Made by a program: the position numbers and the translations under genes. Below are positions 41,209 through 51,851 of a stretch of DNA of 64,000 nt, in pieces (within the stretch, counting starts at the first letter, position 1; every line of letters starts with the position of its first letter). The notes beneath the pieces were generated by a model. The model was not told the origin of the DNA, did not search any database, and saw only the letters and a list, made by a program, of their open reading frames with translations. Source of the stretch: Setoptus koraiensis (taxonomy: Eukaryota > Animalia > Arthropoda); NCBI GenBank assembly GCA_048013815.1, contig CM106585.1:22382001-22446000 (forward strand). Direction: 5' to 3'.

Positions 41209-41613
41209 TTAACGGCGCCTAAAGCCGAAGAAGGGCGACGGCAGCATCTCGACTTCTTCGTGTCCGTGCGAGTTGGCCAAAACAATGTTGCCCTCCTTCT
41301 TTTTGCCTCTCATTATTATGTTGCCGTTGTACAATATTATGTCCTCGCCTCCCTTGCCCTTGTTTCCTCCGCCGGCCATGGCTTCGCCAATAAACAAACT
41401 GGCCACAATGGCCACAATGGCCACACTGGCCAACATAAACACCAACGACGATGACGCTGATGAGTCCGATGAGGCCCATGATGCGGGCCTCCTCGATTGG
41501 CGCCTAATTTTGTTTGTTGCAGCAACTCGTTTTGCTGATGCAGCCATTCTGCTGCTGTTGTCTGGTGCTGGTGTTGCTGTTGCCACTGATGGTGATGATA
41601 TAAATGAGCTCAT
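41209..41613 (-). CDS. Small orphan protein with signal/anchor segment and Gly/Lys-rich mature peptide
   Basis: ATG-initiated 134-aa ORF with GC3-rich codons in its 3' half; hydrophobic LVFMLASVAIVAIVASLFIGEAMA followed by GGGNKGKGGEDIILYNGNIIMRGKKKEGNIVLANSHGHEEVEMLPSPFFGFRRR; candidate upstream UTR donor CAG|GTGAGT near 42023. Confidence 0.65.
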   Translation of the reverse strand: MSSFISSPSVATATPAPDNSSRMAASAKRVAATNKIRRQSRRPASWASSDSSASSSLVFMLASVAIVAIVASLFIGEAMAGGGNKGKGGEDIILYNGNIIMRGKKKEGNIVLANSHGHEEVEMLPSPFFGFRRR

Positions 41614-42107
41614 TTTGCTATTATGTGTGTGTGCTTGCTTGCTCGCTGGTAAAATTACAAAACGGTGCGTTCTTTTCTTCCACTCACTGGCTTCTTTTCG
41701 AATCGATTCGGTTGGTGTTGCTACAAATTACCGATTGCTGAATGCTCAATGCTCAAGTGATACTTTTATCCGCGCCACCCGCGGCCTTATATACTGGCGC
41801 GCTCCATACGAGCGTACCTAACGAGGTGGAGTCTTCCCCCAGACCGGGCGTATGTGTGTTTTGCATATTGAGGATACGATTGGCCAGCAGACGCCAAAAT
41901 CAATAAACTGCCCTCTTCTGTGAGCGTATGAGTGATTGTCTCGCCAGAGAGACAACCGAACACAATCCGCCGCGACTGCCGACAAGCATGACAGCGCAAC
42001 CCTATAGCTACCTGTCTACTCACCTGTGCCAAATAAAACGGCTAGCGCCGCTACTAATTAGCACCTCGATGAAGCGTAACTCGTAACTGTGCCGCTTGCC
42101 GTAATTC

Positions 42108-42109
<2 letters not shown>

Positions 42110-42162
<53 letters not shown>
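42110..42162. repeat. (CT)n microsatellite, ~26 units
   Basis: Direct reading. Confidence 0.95.
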
Positions 42163-42164
<2 letters not shown>

Positions 42165-43371
42165 CTTATGCAACACAACACAACACAACAATCTTTTATT
42201 TTAATGCGGCACAATCAACAATATCCTAGTGACACAATAACATTTAGTAATTATAATTGTTATTGTTGTAGCCGATTATTCGTAGAGTGCCTATTAGGCC
42301 AACAAACTAGTCGCCGGCAGAGGCCAGTTACGAGACAGTTAGCCAGTGTTCGGCAACGGGCGTCAGCAAGCGGTCTAATTATAGTATAGAGTGGGCAGTA
42401 TATAGTATGGGCTTATCGGGCGATCATTCAACAACAATTAGCAACAACAAACACTGTCACAGGGAACAGTTGCAGTCGGTGTAGCGGTTCGCATTGGCTC
42501 GCCTAATTATAGACTGATACACAACACAATCAAGTGACAGTTGGCGCCAAAAAGAAGAACATTAACAAATGGTTGTCACACAACACAGTTATGACATAAC
42601 TGTTTGTGTGTTCATTCATTCAGACAACTTGTTGTCTGGCGTGTGAAAAATTGAAAATTAACATGCATACTCTCGAGCGAGCTTGCCAGCTTGTCAGCCG
42701 TTAGCTCGGCTCGGATATCTTGTGTGTGTGCTGTCGGGAGCGCAACAATGAGCATCTATCATGCAACCGAATGTTGTTGCGTCACAGCACTTCCACTTTT
42801 CTCACGATCATCGTACACACTGTAGAGTCTACAGCTCTCTCTATAGCCCAGCCTCGACAATTCGCAGGTAATATTAGTAATACATACATATGTACAGGTA
42901 GTAGAAGACTGTATTAGCGTGGCGCAAGAGAGCCAGTTCATTTAATTATAACAACCTCAGAGATACATCAAGCGAGGTGTTTGTTGTGCAATCATATTGT
43001 TCACTGATCTATTGTTATTCGGAAGTAGTTTAGTTTTGGTGCGCGAACACACCAGCAAACACATCAATCAGCAAGATAGTTCCTGTTGACAGTAGCGGAG
43101 ACAATAAATTAAAAAATATCTACCTCAGCTAGTATCCGTTACACGCAAAACACATACAGATATATCATTGTGTGACATTCGATTGGCACTTTGCTGCTAT
43201 TATTGCTGTTTACATAAAACAAACTCTCTGCTGTCGTATGTCTATTGAGCCATCTGACAGTTGGCCAGGATAATAACAATAGTGATTGCTGTCGTTGCCG
43301 ATAGGATGTCAGTTACACTTACACTATCAAGTCTGTACACAAGCGCGATCTGTTTGTAAATGGTCGCTTGC

Positions 43372-46300
43372 TCAACGCAACAATGTCTGACTCATTTGCT
43401 CATTCCAGAAATTAACTAGTCTGTCCTCGCGATTCTGACAAAATTCTCTGAAATTTTTGTATAATGCAACGGCGAAACCCTCGTCTTGAGTGCTAGCCGA
43501 ACGCCAACGCTTCGTCAGCATATAATTCCACGACCATAGATAGCCTATCTTGGAATCGGCTTTAGTGCGATCCTCCGTCTGTTTAACGCCACTGAAATGC
43601 CTAGTTATATACTCTTCGTGGGGACTACAGATGGGCTCAGATAGTTCCAATTTGAGCATAAAGGTCCTCTTTCTAGTTGGCGACATTATATGGGGACACT
43701 TAATGCTATCAATGTTTGGCAACATAACAAACACAAAGCCTGATATGTGCACAAATTGGCGCTGAATGTCTGTAGCAGTTGAATCGTGAAAGGGTATAAA
43801 TCCGAATCTAGCCAATATGCGCTCTTGCAAATAGGCAACTAGATCGTCATTCATAAAGGGCCTGTCAGGTATTTTGTCTATGCCTAAGCCTATGAAAATT
43901 GGACAACGCAACGGGTCCGCTTTGCCACTGAATGGCAACGCAAATGGCTCCCATGGTATAGGCACAATGTGAACATTTGAATTGCCTGCCTTCCTAGACC
44001 AACCTTGCACCATTTCGGCAATGCCGGCCCCACTGGCAACCATCCATTTGATGACTAACTCGAACGCTTGCTCTGGATCGTAGAAGCTGTGATATTTCAC
44101 ATGCACCCATTCGGCGCGCTTATCATCGCGCAACGACGAATCTATATCGATGTTGATAGATTTGAATTTAAATTCGCGTGTCTCAAAATTATAACTAGAA
44201 TCGTTAATAATTTGATTTGTTGTTGCCATCGATTGTGAGGCCGCCGCCATTGCCTTGGGAAGCGAAGGCATGCTCTTGGTTGCTATCTTTGATGCCGCTG
44301 TTGTTGTTGTTGTTGTTGTTGCGTGTCTTATTGGCACTGGTGCCAGTTTAGTTTCTGGCGCTCGATCCGACACGCTTGCCGCCGCCGCAGCTACGGCGTT
44401 CGTCAAATCGACGAACGGATTATCCGCACTTGCACCAGTCACCAGTGGCGGTGTTGTTTCGGTCAATGTCGTAGACGTTATTGTTGTTGTCGCGGCTCTT
44501 CTCGTTGCTCCAATTGTCGTTTCAGAGGATTCATTGCCGGAGTTTGTTGGCTCCGTCGCAGCTGTAGCCACAGCCGACCCGGAGGCCGACTCTTTGGACG
44601 ATTCTGAGCTAGTGTCTGGTCGTTGTTGTTGTTGTTGTTGTTGACTGTTGTGCAATTGCAGTAACTCCACCTCAAACCAATCCTTCAGTGAGCTGTCATC
44701 GTCTTGGGTGCTGGTCGGGGTGCTGTTACGATTTATGGTTGTTCTTCGTGTTCTGTTGATTATTTCGACAAATTTTATGAAACTTTGCACCAGCGAATTG
44801 CGCTCCTCTTCGCTGTAGTCGTCGTGACAATCGTACCAGCCGTCGTGGCCCTCAAAGCGCGACTTTCGCAATTGAGATCTGCTAGGCAATATGAGAATTC
44901 TCAAACGCCAAAACTTTAAGCTACTTTTCAATTCGTAGAATTCACTTTCGCCCCGTGTGCAAATGTAATTATCTAGATAATTCCAATTGTAATTCTCTAG
45001 TTTTTCACTAGTGAAATCCACCCATGACACGCCATAGTTCTCGTGAAATGGGGCACGAAATCTATAACAATAGTTGATCTTGTTTGTTGGATACGGATGC
45101 CTGGGCCGATATTGTGTCACTGTTATGGACGAACCCTCTAGAGTTAATCTGTGAAATATTCTACCAATGCTCATGGTGTAATCGGTGCGCTCAAATTGTT
45201 CGTCGAAGTTCTTAACCAACGGATTGCCATTATTCAAATAGCTGATGCTTCTTTGTTGCAACTCAGACGACTTCTGTCTGGGCAACAGTATAATCTGGAA
45301 GCCCTTTTGAAGCCGCTGACACACCAGCTCTCTGTAAACCTCAATAAGATTATACTTGGAATGTATACATTCAGGTAACAGAGTGTAGGCGCTCATGACG
45401 TAATCATTTTGTAGACTGGTTTTGCTTGGAAAGAAATCAGTTGTTAATGGCAAACAAGCGGGCATGGTCAACGATTTCCAATCAACGCCCGTCGTGATGG
45501 CGGGCGTCCATTCTTGCTCTCCGCTAGCACACCAAGCAAACCTAATAGTGTCATTAGATACCAATGTACTCTTGTCATGCACAGGTGTTGTTTGTATGCT
45601 GCCATTACCAGCGCCAGTGGCCCTGCTCGACACATTTGCGCCGGCCCCAGCTTGACCAGTGGACGAACCGCCGCCAGTTGTATTGTTGCTGTTTGCAACA
45701 TTATTGACAATCATCTTGCCAGTGTGATCTTGGCCCCCAGCTGAGCCGCTGCCAGCTCCAGCCTTTAGGCCGGCTCGTGATCGTGAGGCGGCCGTTGACG
45801 AGGAGGTCACAATCATGTTTGTGCTATTTCTTATACTACCAGAACGCATTTTAGTGTGACTGGGCCCAATGAGGTTCCCACCAACAACTGGCTTATCATT
45901 GGCCGGATTCAGCCATGGATGGTCCTTTAATTGTAACAATGTACTGTCCTCTTGATCGGAGGTGGTCGTTGGCGATAGCGCCAGAGCATTTGATGGCGCT
46001 CCAGAGATGTTTGCAACATTATCGTGCGGCACAGCTTGATAGTGATGCTGTTGCATAAATATACCCGTGGGCCCTTGAGGAAAAACGTGAGTCCATCTGC
46101 GCCTGTTAGGCGTCAGTTTTATGGTCATGTGCGATGGATCAAATGGATTTATCAGGGCTTTCGGCCTGGTCTGGGCCCTATTCATTCTGCTCGATTGAAC
46201 ACTGTAGCCGTGTATGGACAGATCGTCGGCTGACTCAGGTTTCATATGCAATTCAGGTAATGGGTTGTCCACTAGGGACATTTGGGTAAATGGCGACGAT

Positions 46301-48162
46301 ACTGACGACAGTCTAGATTGTGTGACGTTAACATTGTCGGACGATGTCTTGCTGCTGAGAACTTTTCTACTGTTTCCTGTCGTAGAGTGCATTGTTGAAT
46401 GTTCATCAGGACCCCATTGATTGTGGCCTCGATGGTATTCTTCTATGCTTTGAACATCGGAAGCTCTTCTTCTATTAAACTTGTCATACAATTGCGAATA
46501 CGGTCCTCCTTGACTCGCGGTGGAGCTGGTGAAATAGTTACTAAATGTCCTATTGGAATCAAGTGGTGTCATTATGGAACTTCTCTGTCGCGATGTAGGC
46601 TGCTGGCACTGGTAGTTTAACAATGAGTTTGTTTTAAACACTTGCGCATCATACTCGTCATAATCCACTAAATCCGGTATTGCAGTATGAGAACTGAGAA
46701 TTCTCTCATGATGTCTACCACCAATGTCATCTCTGATGTGCCCCAAATGGTCACCGGATTGCATATCATTACAATTATTTTCATTCAAATTTTTACAGCT
46801 TTTATCTTTGTTAGCCTGCAATCTTTTCTTATCATTTGGACAGCAATCTGTATTAGTGCTATGTATAGTTGGTAGCTTTATACGCGGAACAAAATTAGAG
46901 TAGTGAACTTGATTTGTTGTAGAGTAAAAACTCAGATTTATCCAATGTGGCATATTATAAACATCACAAGTTGTTATTTGATCGTTTTGATTAGTAGCTT
47001 TTGCGTTAAATCTAAGCAGTGGAACTGTGTGCAATGGTTGCTCCCCCAAACAAACAAGGTCGCTACCGATACCATTGTCTATGATCCTCTGTTTTGTCAG
47101 ATTAGTCATCTCGAAATCAACTTCGAAAACACCGACGCCAGGCGACACCACAACCGATAATTGACCGGTACGGTCAAAACTTCTATCAAAGTAATGTTTC
47201 TCAAATACATTCAGTGACATGTTGAGCACCTCGAGAAAATTTCCTTGTGATGCGCTCGAATTGTAAGCCCTCGGTATTTTGGTCCCATAGATCTCTTGAT
47301 GTCTGTCTATCACCTCCATTTGATACTGATTAAATAGTGATCTCAGGGTAGTCAATTTGACATTCCAATCATGTAAATCGAAGCGATCATTTTGAAAGGC
47401 AACTCTGTAACAGTCCTCGTAGAATCTGTTCTTGTTATCTTGTTGAAGACACTCGCGCATTTCCTTTGGAAATTCCTCTATGCTCTCAGCCTCATAAAAT
47501 GTTCTGGAAAACAAAACAATGGTTATATCGTGGCTGCATTCGTATAGTCGCCATTTTGCAAACAAATCTGACAGAAAACCATTGACTGCCTTCTCGAAAT
47601 ATAAATCACCGTTTATATCATAATCCCACATTTCTGAGCTCATCTGTATGAAGAGATACACCAAACTGGATGCTGATCGGAACACTATTTTAGTATCATC
47701 GTCGACATAACCGGATTCCATTTTCTCTCCTTGTGACCATATTTCCCAAATTTGACTGCGTATATTGGAATATTCAATCTTCTGTTTGAGGTAGACGCAT
47801 TTATTATTGAGATGATTGCGAAGTCCCCACATGTAACTTCTCGCTAGGTAGGCGTTGCTGAAACACATCTCTATAGAGTCAACAATAACGCTCTTTTTGT
47901 CCACAATATTGACTATGACATCAAAATAGGGCCTAAGTTTGAATTGATTGGCGATAGAATCTTTGATGCTGATGCTACCAGGATGGGCAAAGGATTCGGG
48001 CCATTTCCTCACTTGTAAGAGCAACCGACTTGTTGTGGAGCCTTCGGAGGGTTTAATTTGCACAACGTCACCAAGATTGAGTTCGGGATAGTCCTTTTGA
48101 TTGATAATAATGTCCTCCTCGCTGAAGGCCGGTTGATGTTTGTTCAATTTTAAAATGGGCAT
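43372..48162 (-). CDS. DEPDC5: GATOR1 subunit DEPDC5/Iml1, single-exon CDS, no DEP domain
   Basis: Continuous ORF (first ATG 48162; frame open from 48183). Motifs FIQMSSEMWDYDINGDLYFEKAVNGFL, FLEVLNMSLNVFEKHY, VVSPGVGVFEVD, GIGSDLVCLGEQPLHTVPL, PHWINLSFY, INPFDPS, RRRWTHVFP, VDWKSLTMPACLPLTTDFFP, YNWNYLDNYIC, AFELVIKWM, GYLWSWNYMLTKRWR. Confidence 0.96.
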   Translation of the reverse strand: MPILKLNKHQPAFSEEDIIINQKDYPELNLGDVVQIKPSEGSTTSRLLLQVRKWPESFAHPGSISIKDSIANQFKLRPYFDVIVNIVDKKSVIVDSIEMCFSNAYLARSYMWGLRNHLNNKCVYLKQKIEYSNIRSQIWEIWSQGEKMESGYVDDDTKIVFRSASSLVYLFIQMSSEMWDYDINGDLYFEKAVNGFLSDLFAKWRLYECSHDITIVLFSRTFYEAESIEEFPKEMRECLQQDNKNRFYEDCYRVAFQNDRFDLHDWNVKLTTLRSLFNQYQMEVIDRHQEIYGTKIPRAYNSSASQGNFLEVLNMSLNVFEKHYFDRSFDRTGQLSVVVSPGVGVFEVDFEMTNLTKQRIIDNGIGSDLVCLGEQPLHTVPLLRFNAKATNQNDQITTCDVYNMPHWINLSFYSTTNQVHYSNFVPRIKLPTIHSTNTDCCPNDKKRLQANKDKSCKNLNENNCNDMQSGDHLGHIRDDIGGRHHERILSSHTAIPDLVDYDEYDAQVFKTNSLLNYQCQQPTSRQRSSIMTPLDSNRTFSNYFTSSTASQGGPYSQLYDKFNRRRASDVQSIEEYHRGHNQWGPDEHSTMHSTTGNSRKVLSSKTSSDNVNVTQSRLSSVSSPFTQMSLVDNPLPELHMKPESADDLSIHGYSVQSSRMNRAQTRPKALINPFDPSHMTIKLTPNRRRWTHVFPQGPTGIFMQQHHYQAVPHDNVANISGAPSNALALSPTTTSDQEDSTLLQLKDHPWLNPANDKPVVGGNLIGPSHTKMRSGSIRNSTNMIVTSSSTAASRSRAGLKAGAGSGSAGGQDHTGKMIVNNVANSNNTTGGGSSTGQAGAGANVSSRATGAGNGSIQTTPVHDKSTLVSNDTIRFAWCASGEQEWTPAITTGVDWKSLTMPACLPLTTDFFPSKTSLQNDYVMSAYTLLPECIHSKYNLIEVYRELVCQRLQKGFQIILLPRQKSSELQQRSISYLNNGNPLVKNFDEQFERTDYTMSIGRIFHRLTLEGSSITVTQYRPRHPYPTNKINYCYRFRAPFHENYGVSWVDFTSEKLENYNWNYLDNYICTRGESEFYELKSSLKFWRLRILILPSRSQLRKSRFEGHDGWYDCHDDYSEEERNSLVQSFIKFVEIINRTRRTTINRNSTPTSTQDDDSSLKDWFEVELLQLHNSQQQQQQQRPDTSSESSKESASGSAVATAATEPTNSGNESSETTIGATRRAATTTITSTTLTETTPPLVTGASADNPFVDLTNAVAAAAASVSDRAPETKLAPVPIRHATTTTTTTAASKIATKSMPSLPKAMAAASQSMATTNQIINDSSYNFETREFKFKSINIDIDSSLRDDKRAEWVHVKYHSFYDPEQAFELVIKWMVASGAGIAEMVQGWSRKAGNSNVHIVPIPWEPFALPFSGKADPLRCPIFIGLGIDKIPDRPFMNDDLVAYLQERILARFGFIPFHDSTATDIQRQFVHISGFVFVMLPNIDSIKCPHIMSPTRKRTFMLKLELSEPICSPHEEYITRHFSGVKQTEDRTKADSKIGYLWSWNYMLTKRWRSASTQDEGFAVALYKNFREFCQNREDRLVNFWNEQMSQTLLR

Positions 48163-49663
48163 GATGGAAAGGTGCCTCGCCACGGATTGGCTTAGTCACT
48201 GATGAGTGGACGATTTATCACTGTTGATGAGGGCCAAATATAAGAGAAAAGTTGTAGGTTTTCGTGGGCACTCTCATGTGGAACATGTTGCATTTGTATA
48301 ATGAAAAGTTGGTCCAATGTGACTGGTGACCGGCTGAGTTTGAATGGGCAAAACTAACTTAGAACAACGACAATTTCGTCCATTTTGGTTTAGTTGTTTA
48401 CTAACAAATTGATTAGTGTCGGTGATGGGATAATATTTCGACGATCGAATGGTATAGTCGAATGTGTTTAGTATAAATCAATGCTAATAGCTGGAGTCCA
48501 CGGGTGAGGTGTTTACATTTTTACTGCTTGCAAACAACAACTGACATTTGTTTACATTATCACCGACAAAATAACTTCTGATCACAGCACATAGGGGGCG
48601 CGCAGAGCAACGAGAAAAGCACACATGCTCAGCACATCAACATCCATATGTAGCACAACTGGTGCCCTTGTTCGAGCGACTGATGAGCCTTCGCAGACAA
48701 CGAGGCGTCAATTTGTGCCAGTCAGTTGTCAGGCGATTCGTACAAAAGTAAACTATACATTTTATCAAAGGTTCGGCTCGTGGCAGCCTAGAGAGCCCGA
48801 GTTTCAGTGTGAATATTGAGGCACCTGTTGGAGACAGGCACCTCGATGATTGTACAGAATGCAGACAGCAGCAGCAGTGAGAAGAGGCGCATTTGTAACT
48901 GACCACGGAATTTATTCGGGAGGACAATTGTTCGAATGGACAGCGATGATTTGAATTTATAATGATGGTCAAATGTGATTAGAGATGGGCGTAGAGAGCG
49001 TGATTCACGTTTCCAGCGTCACGTAATGGCAATGTTTTTGCATATATTGTGGCCAGCAACACATACCACACACACACACTTCGCCCCTATAGCCTAACGC
49101 ACAAAGAATGTGTAGTGGTGGCGTTGTTATTATTACGTCATCCTAGCTTTGTCCCATGTCGCTGCTGCTGCTGCTCGTCGTTACAGTATTAGGCCCACCT
49201 TTTACTCTATCGAGCAACAATGCTGAGAGCGAGAGCAAGATGGAGGCCGGATAAATGGATGGATTTGCACCACAAAGAAACGACAATCGACGCGCATCGT
49301 ATGCGTATAGTGATTTTGCTGTGCCAGAACACTATAAACACTATGAGCACGCGAACATTGCAAGAATTAGAAGTTGCAGTATCTTGAATGAGAATCAGAG
49401 AAAGTTTCTTCTTAATATCGTTGGAGTGTGTGTGTCGAACATTTGTTGAGCGGTGCCGGCGGCAGCTGTTGCTTTTGGGCCGCTGTTAGAGGCGTCTCTT
49501 CCTGTTGATAGCTGCAACTTGGGGTCCATCATTTCAAAATCATAACAAAGAACTGCAACAGCAACTGCAACAACCCGTGTGCGTGTGCCTGTGATGCAGT
49601 TTCGTCCGTAGAGAAAAAGAATTCGGCAACAGCGATGGAGCAGAACAAACAGAATCGATTCAT

Positions 49664-49697
<34 letters not shown>

Positions 49698-50817
49698 CAC
49701 ACGAGCCGTGGTGGTGGTGATGATTCGATGCTTCCGAACACTTGGACAATCCACCAGTTATATAAGAAGTTAATGTGTGTGTGCCACGAGTTTGGCCCAC
49801 GACGAGCGTACTCGGTCGTAATCGGCAGTTATAAACAGCGCTCGACTGTCCATCCCTTTGCCCGATCCAACTTGATGCAACAGAGCATGTTTGACGGGGA
49901 CTTATGCACTATGTTCTTTTCTTGCTCAATCGGCCAATTGCTTGCCGAATCGTCACCTCGACAGGCGTTCAGTGCGAGTCGTACAGAAAGTATAAATAAC
50001 TGACCAACGGATCGATGTTGCACATGCATTCTTGTTTCAATGCACACACACAGTTATAATTGAGAATGGGCACGAGTTGTTGCTCGCTGCACGTTACTAA
50101 CACAACCATTTGTTGGCGACCAGTTGTTCATGACTGGCCCGTTCTTTGTACGCTCGCATTGTGTGTTGGCTGTTGTTGCTGTTGAGCCACCGTTTGCTGG
50201 ACCGGGCCAGCGTTCATCTGCAGCATGTTACGTAACACACCCAATAATGGTTATATGGCCAATTTCTTTGTTGTGCGGCCACTCTTGTTCGTGTGTGCAT
50301 TGTGTGTGTGTGTGCTCTACTGTAGAGCCTCTACAGAATATCGACTGCCCATTCTGTGTCGTGTGTGTACTGTGTACCAACCAACTGTACACACACTCTT
50401 TATACAGCTTTATACAGCTCTCGTTGTGTGTGGCAACAGAGCAGCGTATATGTGCCCGTTGCTCTACATGTACTCTACATGTATGTATAGGTGCTCTAAT
50501 ATCTAATGGGAGCGCAACAGCCGAAGCCGCGATTACGTAACACGTATCTGGCTCGTGGCAGTGACGCACAGACGCGTACACTCACACACTCACAGACACA
50601 CACACAGACACACAGAGACGGACGGGAGTAACTGACTCACAACAGTGTCTGACGTGGCAGCACACCCGTCAGTTAAGCCCACGAGTGCAGTTTGTGTGCG
50701 CGTTCGCGCTGGGCCCGAATGGAGGGCGCCGAATTGAGAGCTGCCAGTCGGGCGCTAGTTCGCCACTAGTGTGTGTGTGTGTGTGCGACGCACTATAGGC
50801 ACCGATGGAAACTTCGC

Positions 50818-50886
50818 TCTGCGAACTGCGAACCGCGAGCGAACTGCGAGCGAATCGACGCGAACTGCGAGCGGATCGACGCGAAC
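50818..50886. repeat. Imperfect GCGAACTGCGA-type repeat
   Basis: Direct reading. Confidence 0.65.
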
Positions 50887-51167
50887 GATGATCAACAGAG
50901 CGACCACTGCTTGCAGCGTAGCCTAGACTGCCGAGGGGCTGCAGGCAGGGGCCGTGCGCGGGGGCCGCGCGCCACTAGTAGCAACAAGAAGATTCGTGTG
51001 CGTAAGTGGGGCCCGTGGCCAGCGTTTGTGTGCAGCGCCGCCGCGCACATTACGCGTGTCTGTTGCGAAACACACAAATGCGTAGTTCCGACCGTGTGCG
51101 TTACGCGGCGGCGGCGGCGGCCAACGTTCAGTTGCGCTGCGGCCAGCGCGCGCACTGCGCCCAACGG

Positions 51168-51286
51168 CACACACACACGCACACATAGGCACACACACAC
51201 GCACACATAGGCACACACACACACACGCACACATAGGCACACACACACACACGCACACATAGGCACACACACACACACGCACACAC
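51168..51286. repeat. CA-based minisatellite (ACACACACGCACACATAGGC)n upstream of scratch
   Basis: Unit ending CACATAGGC seen four times plus a partial fifth. Confidence 0.85.
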
Positions 51287-51851
51287 AACGGCCAACCGGA
51301 GGCAGGGGCGACAAAAGTGGGGACAAAAGTGTGGGCAGAAAACGGTTGCCGTCTGAGCAGGCTCGCTGTGCCGTCAGCAGTAACTAGAGTCTAGTTGGCC
51401 CGTGCAACAGACACACAAGCGGTGGTTGCAACAACTCCCTCTGTTCCACTTTCTATATTGTGTGTGTGCCCGTGCGTGTGTTTGCTCGTGCCCAAGCGTG
51501 AGTGCGTGCGTGTGCGTGTGTCCCCCCTCCACCACGTAACCACTGCGGGCTCGCTCGTTGCGGGCCCTCTCAACAGTCCAAACGGATCCTCGAAGCAACA
51601 AATTCTTTTTCGTGCGCTTCACCGTACAGCCGCTGTCGTTGGTGCGAGCCGTTCGCTGGTGCCACAATCGCTCTTATATTTTGATATTACCATCTCTAGT
51701 CGATATCACACAACATTGAACCATTTATAATCAGCGCAAAATACCTGGTCTAGTCAGCATTGCAAAGTCGTCGTCGCCATCAAACTGTTGGTAGCGCGTC
51801 ATGGAATAAACCACAATTCTAATTCTAAATCTAGTATTATTACGCTAAATT

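Noticed and set aside
43550-47160. Numerous plus-strand ORFs antisense to DEPDC5
   Set aside because: Shadow ORFs of a long coding sequence; no independent signals.
49255-49449. 64-aa ORF with RRAS motif between DEPDC5 and scratch
   Set aside because: Short, no homology recognised, competing ORF in another frame.
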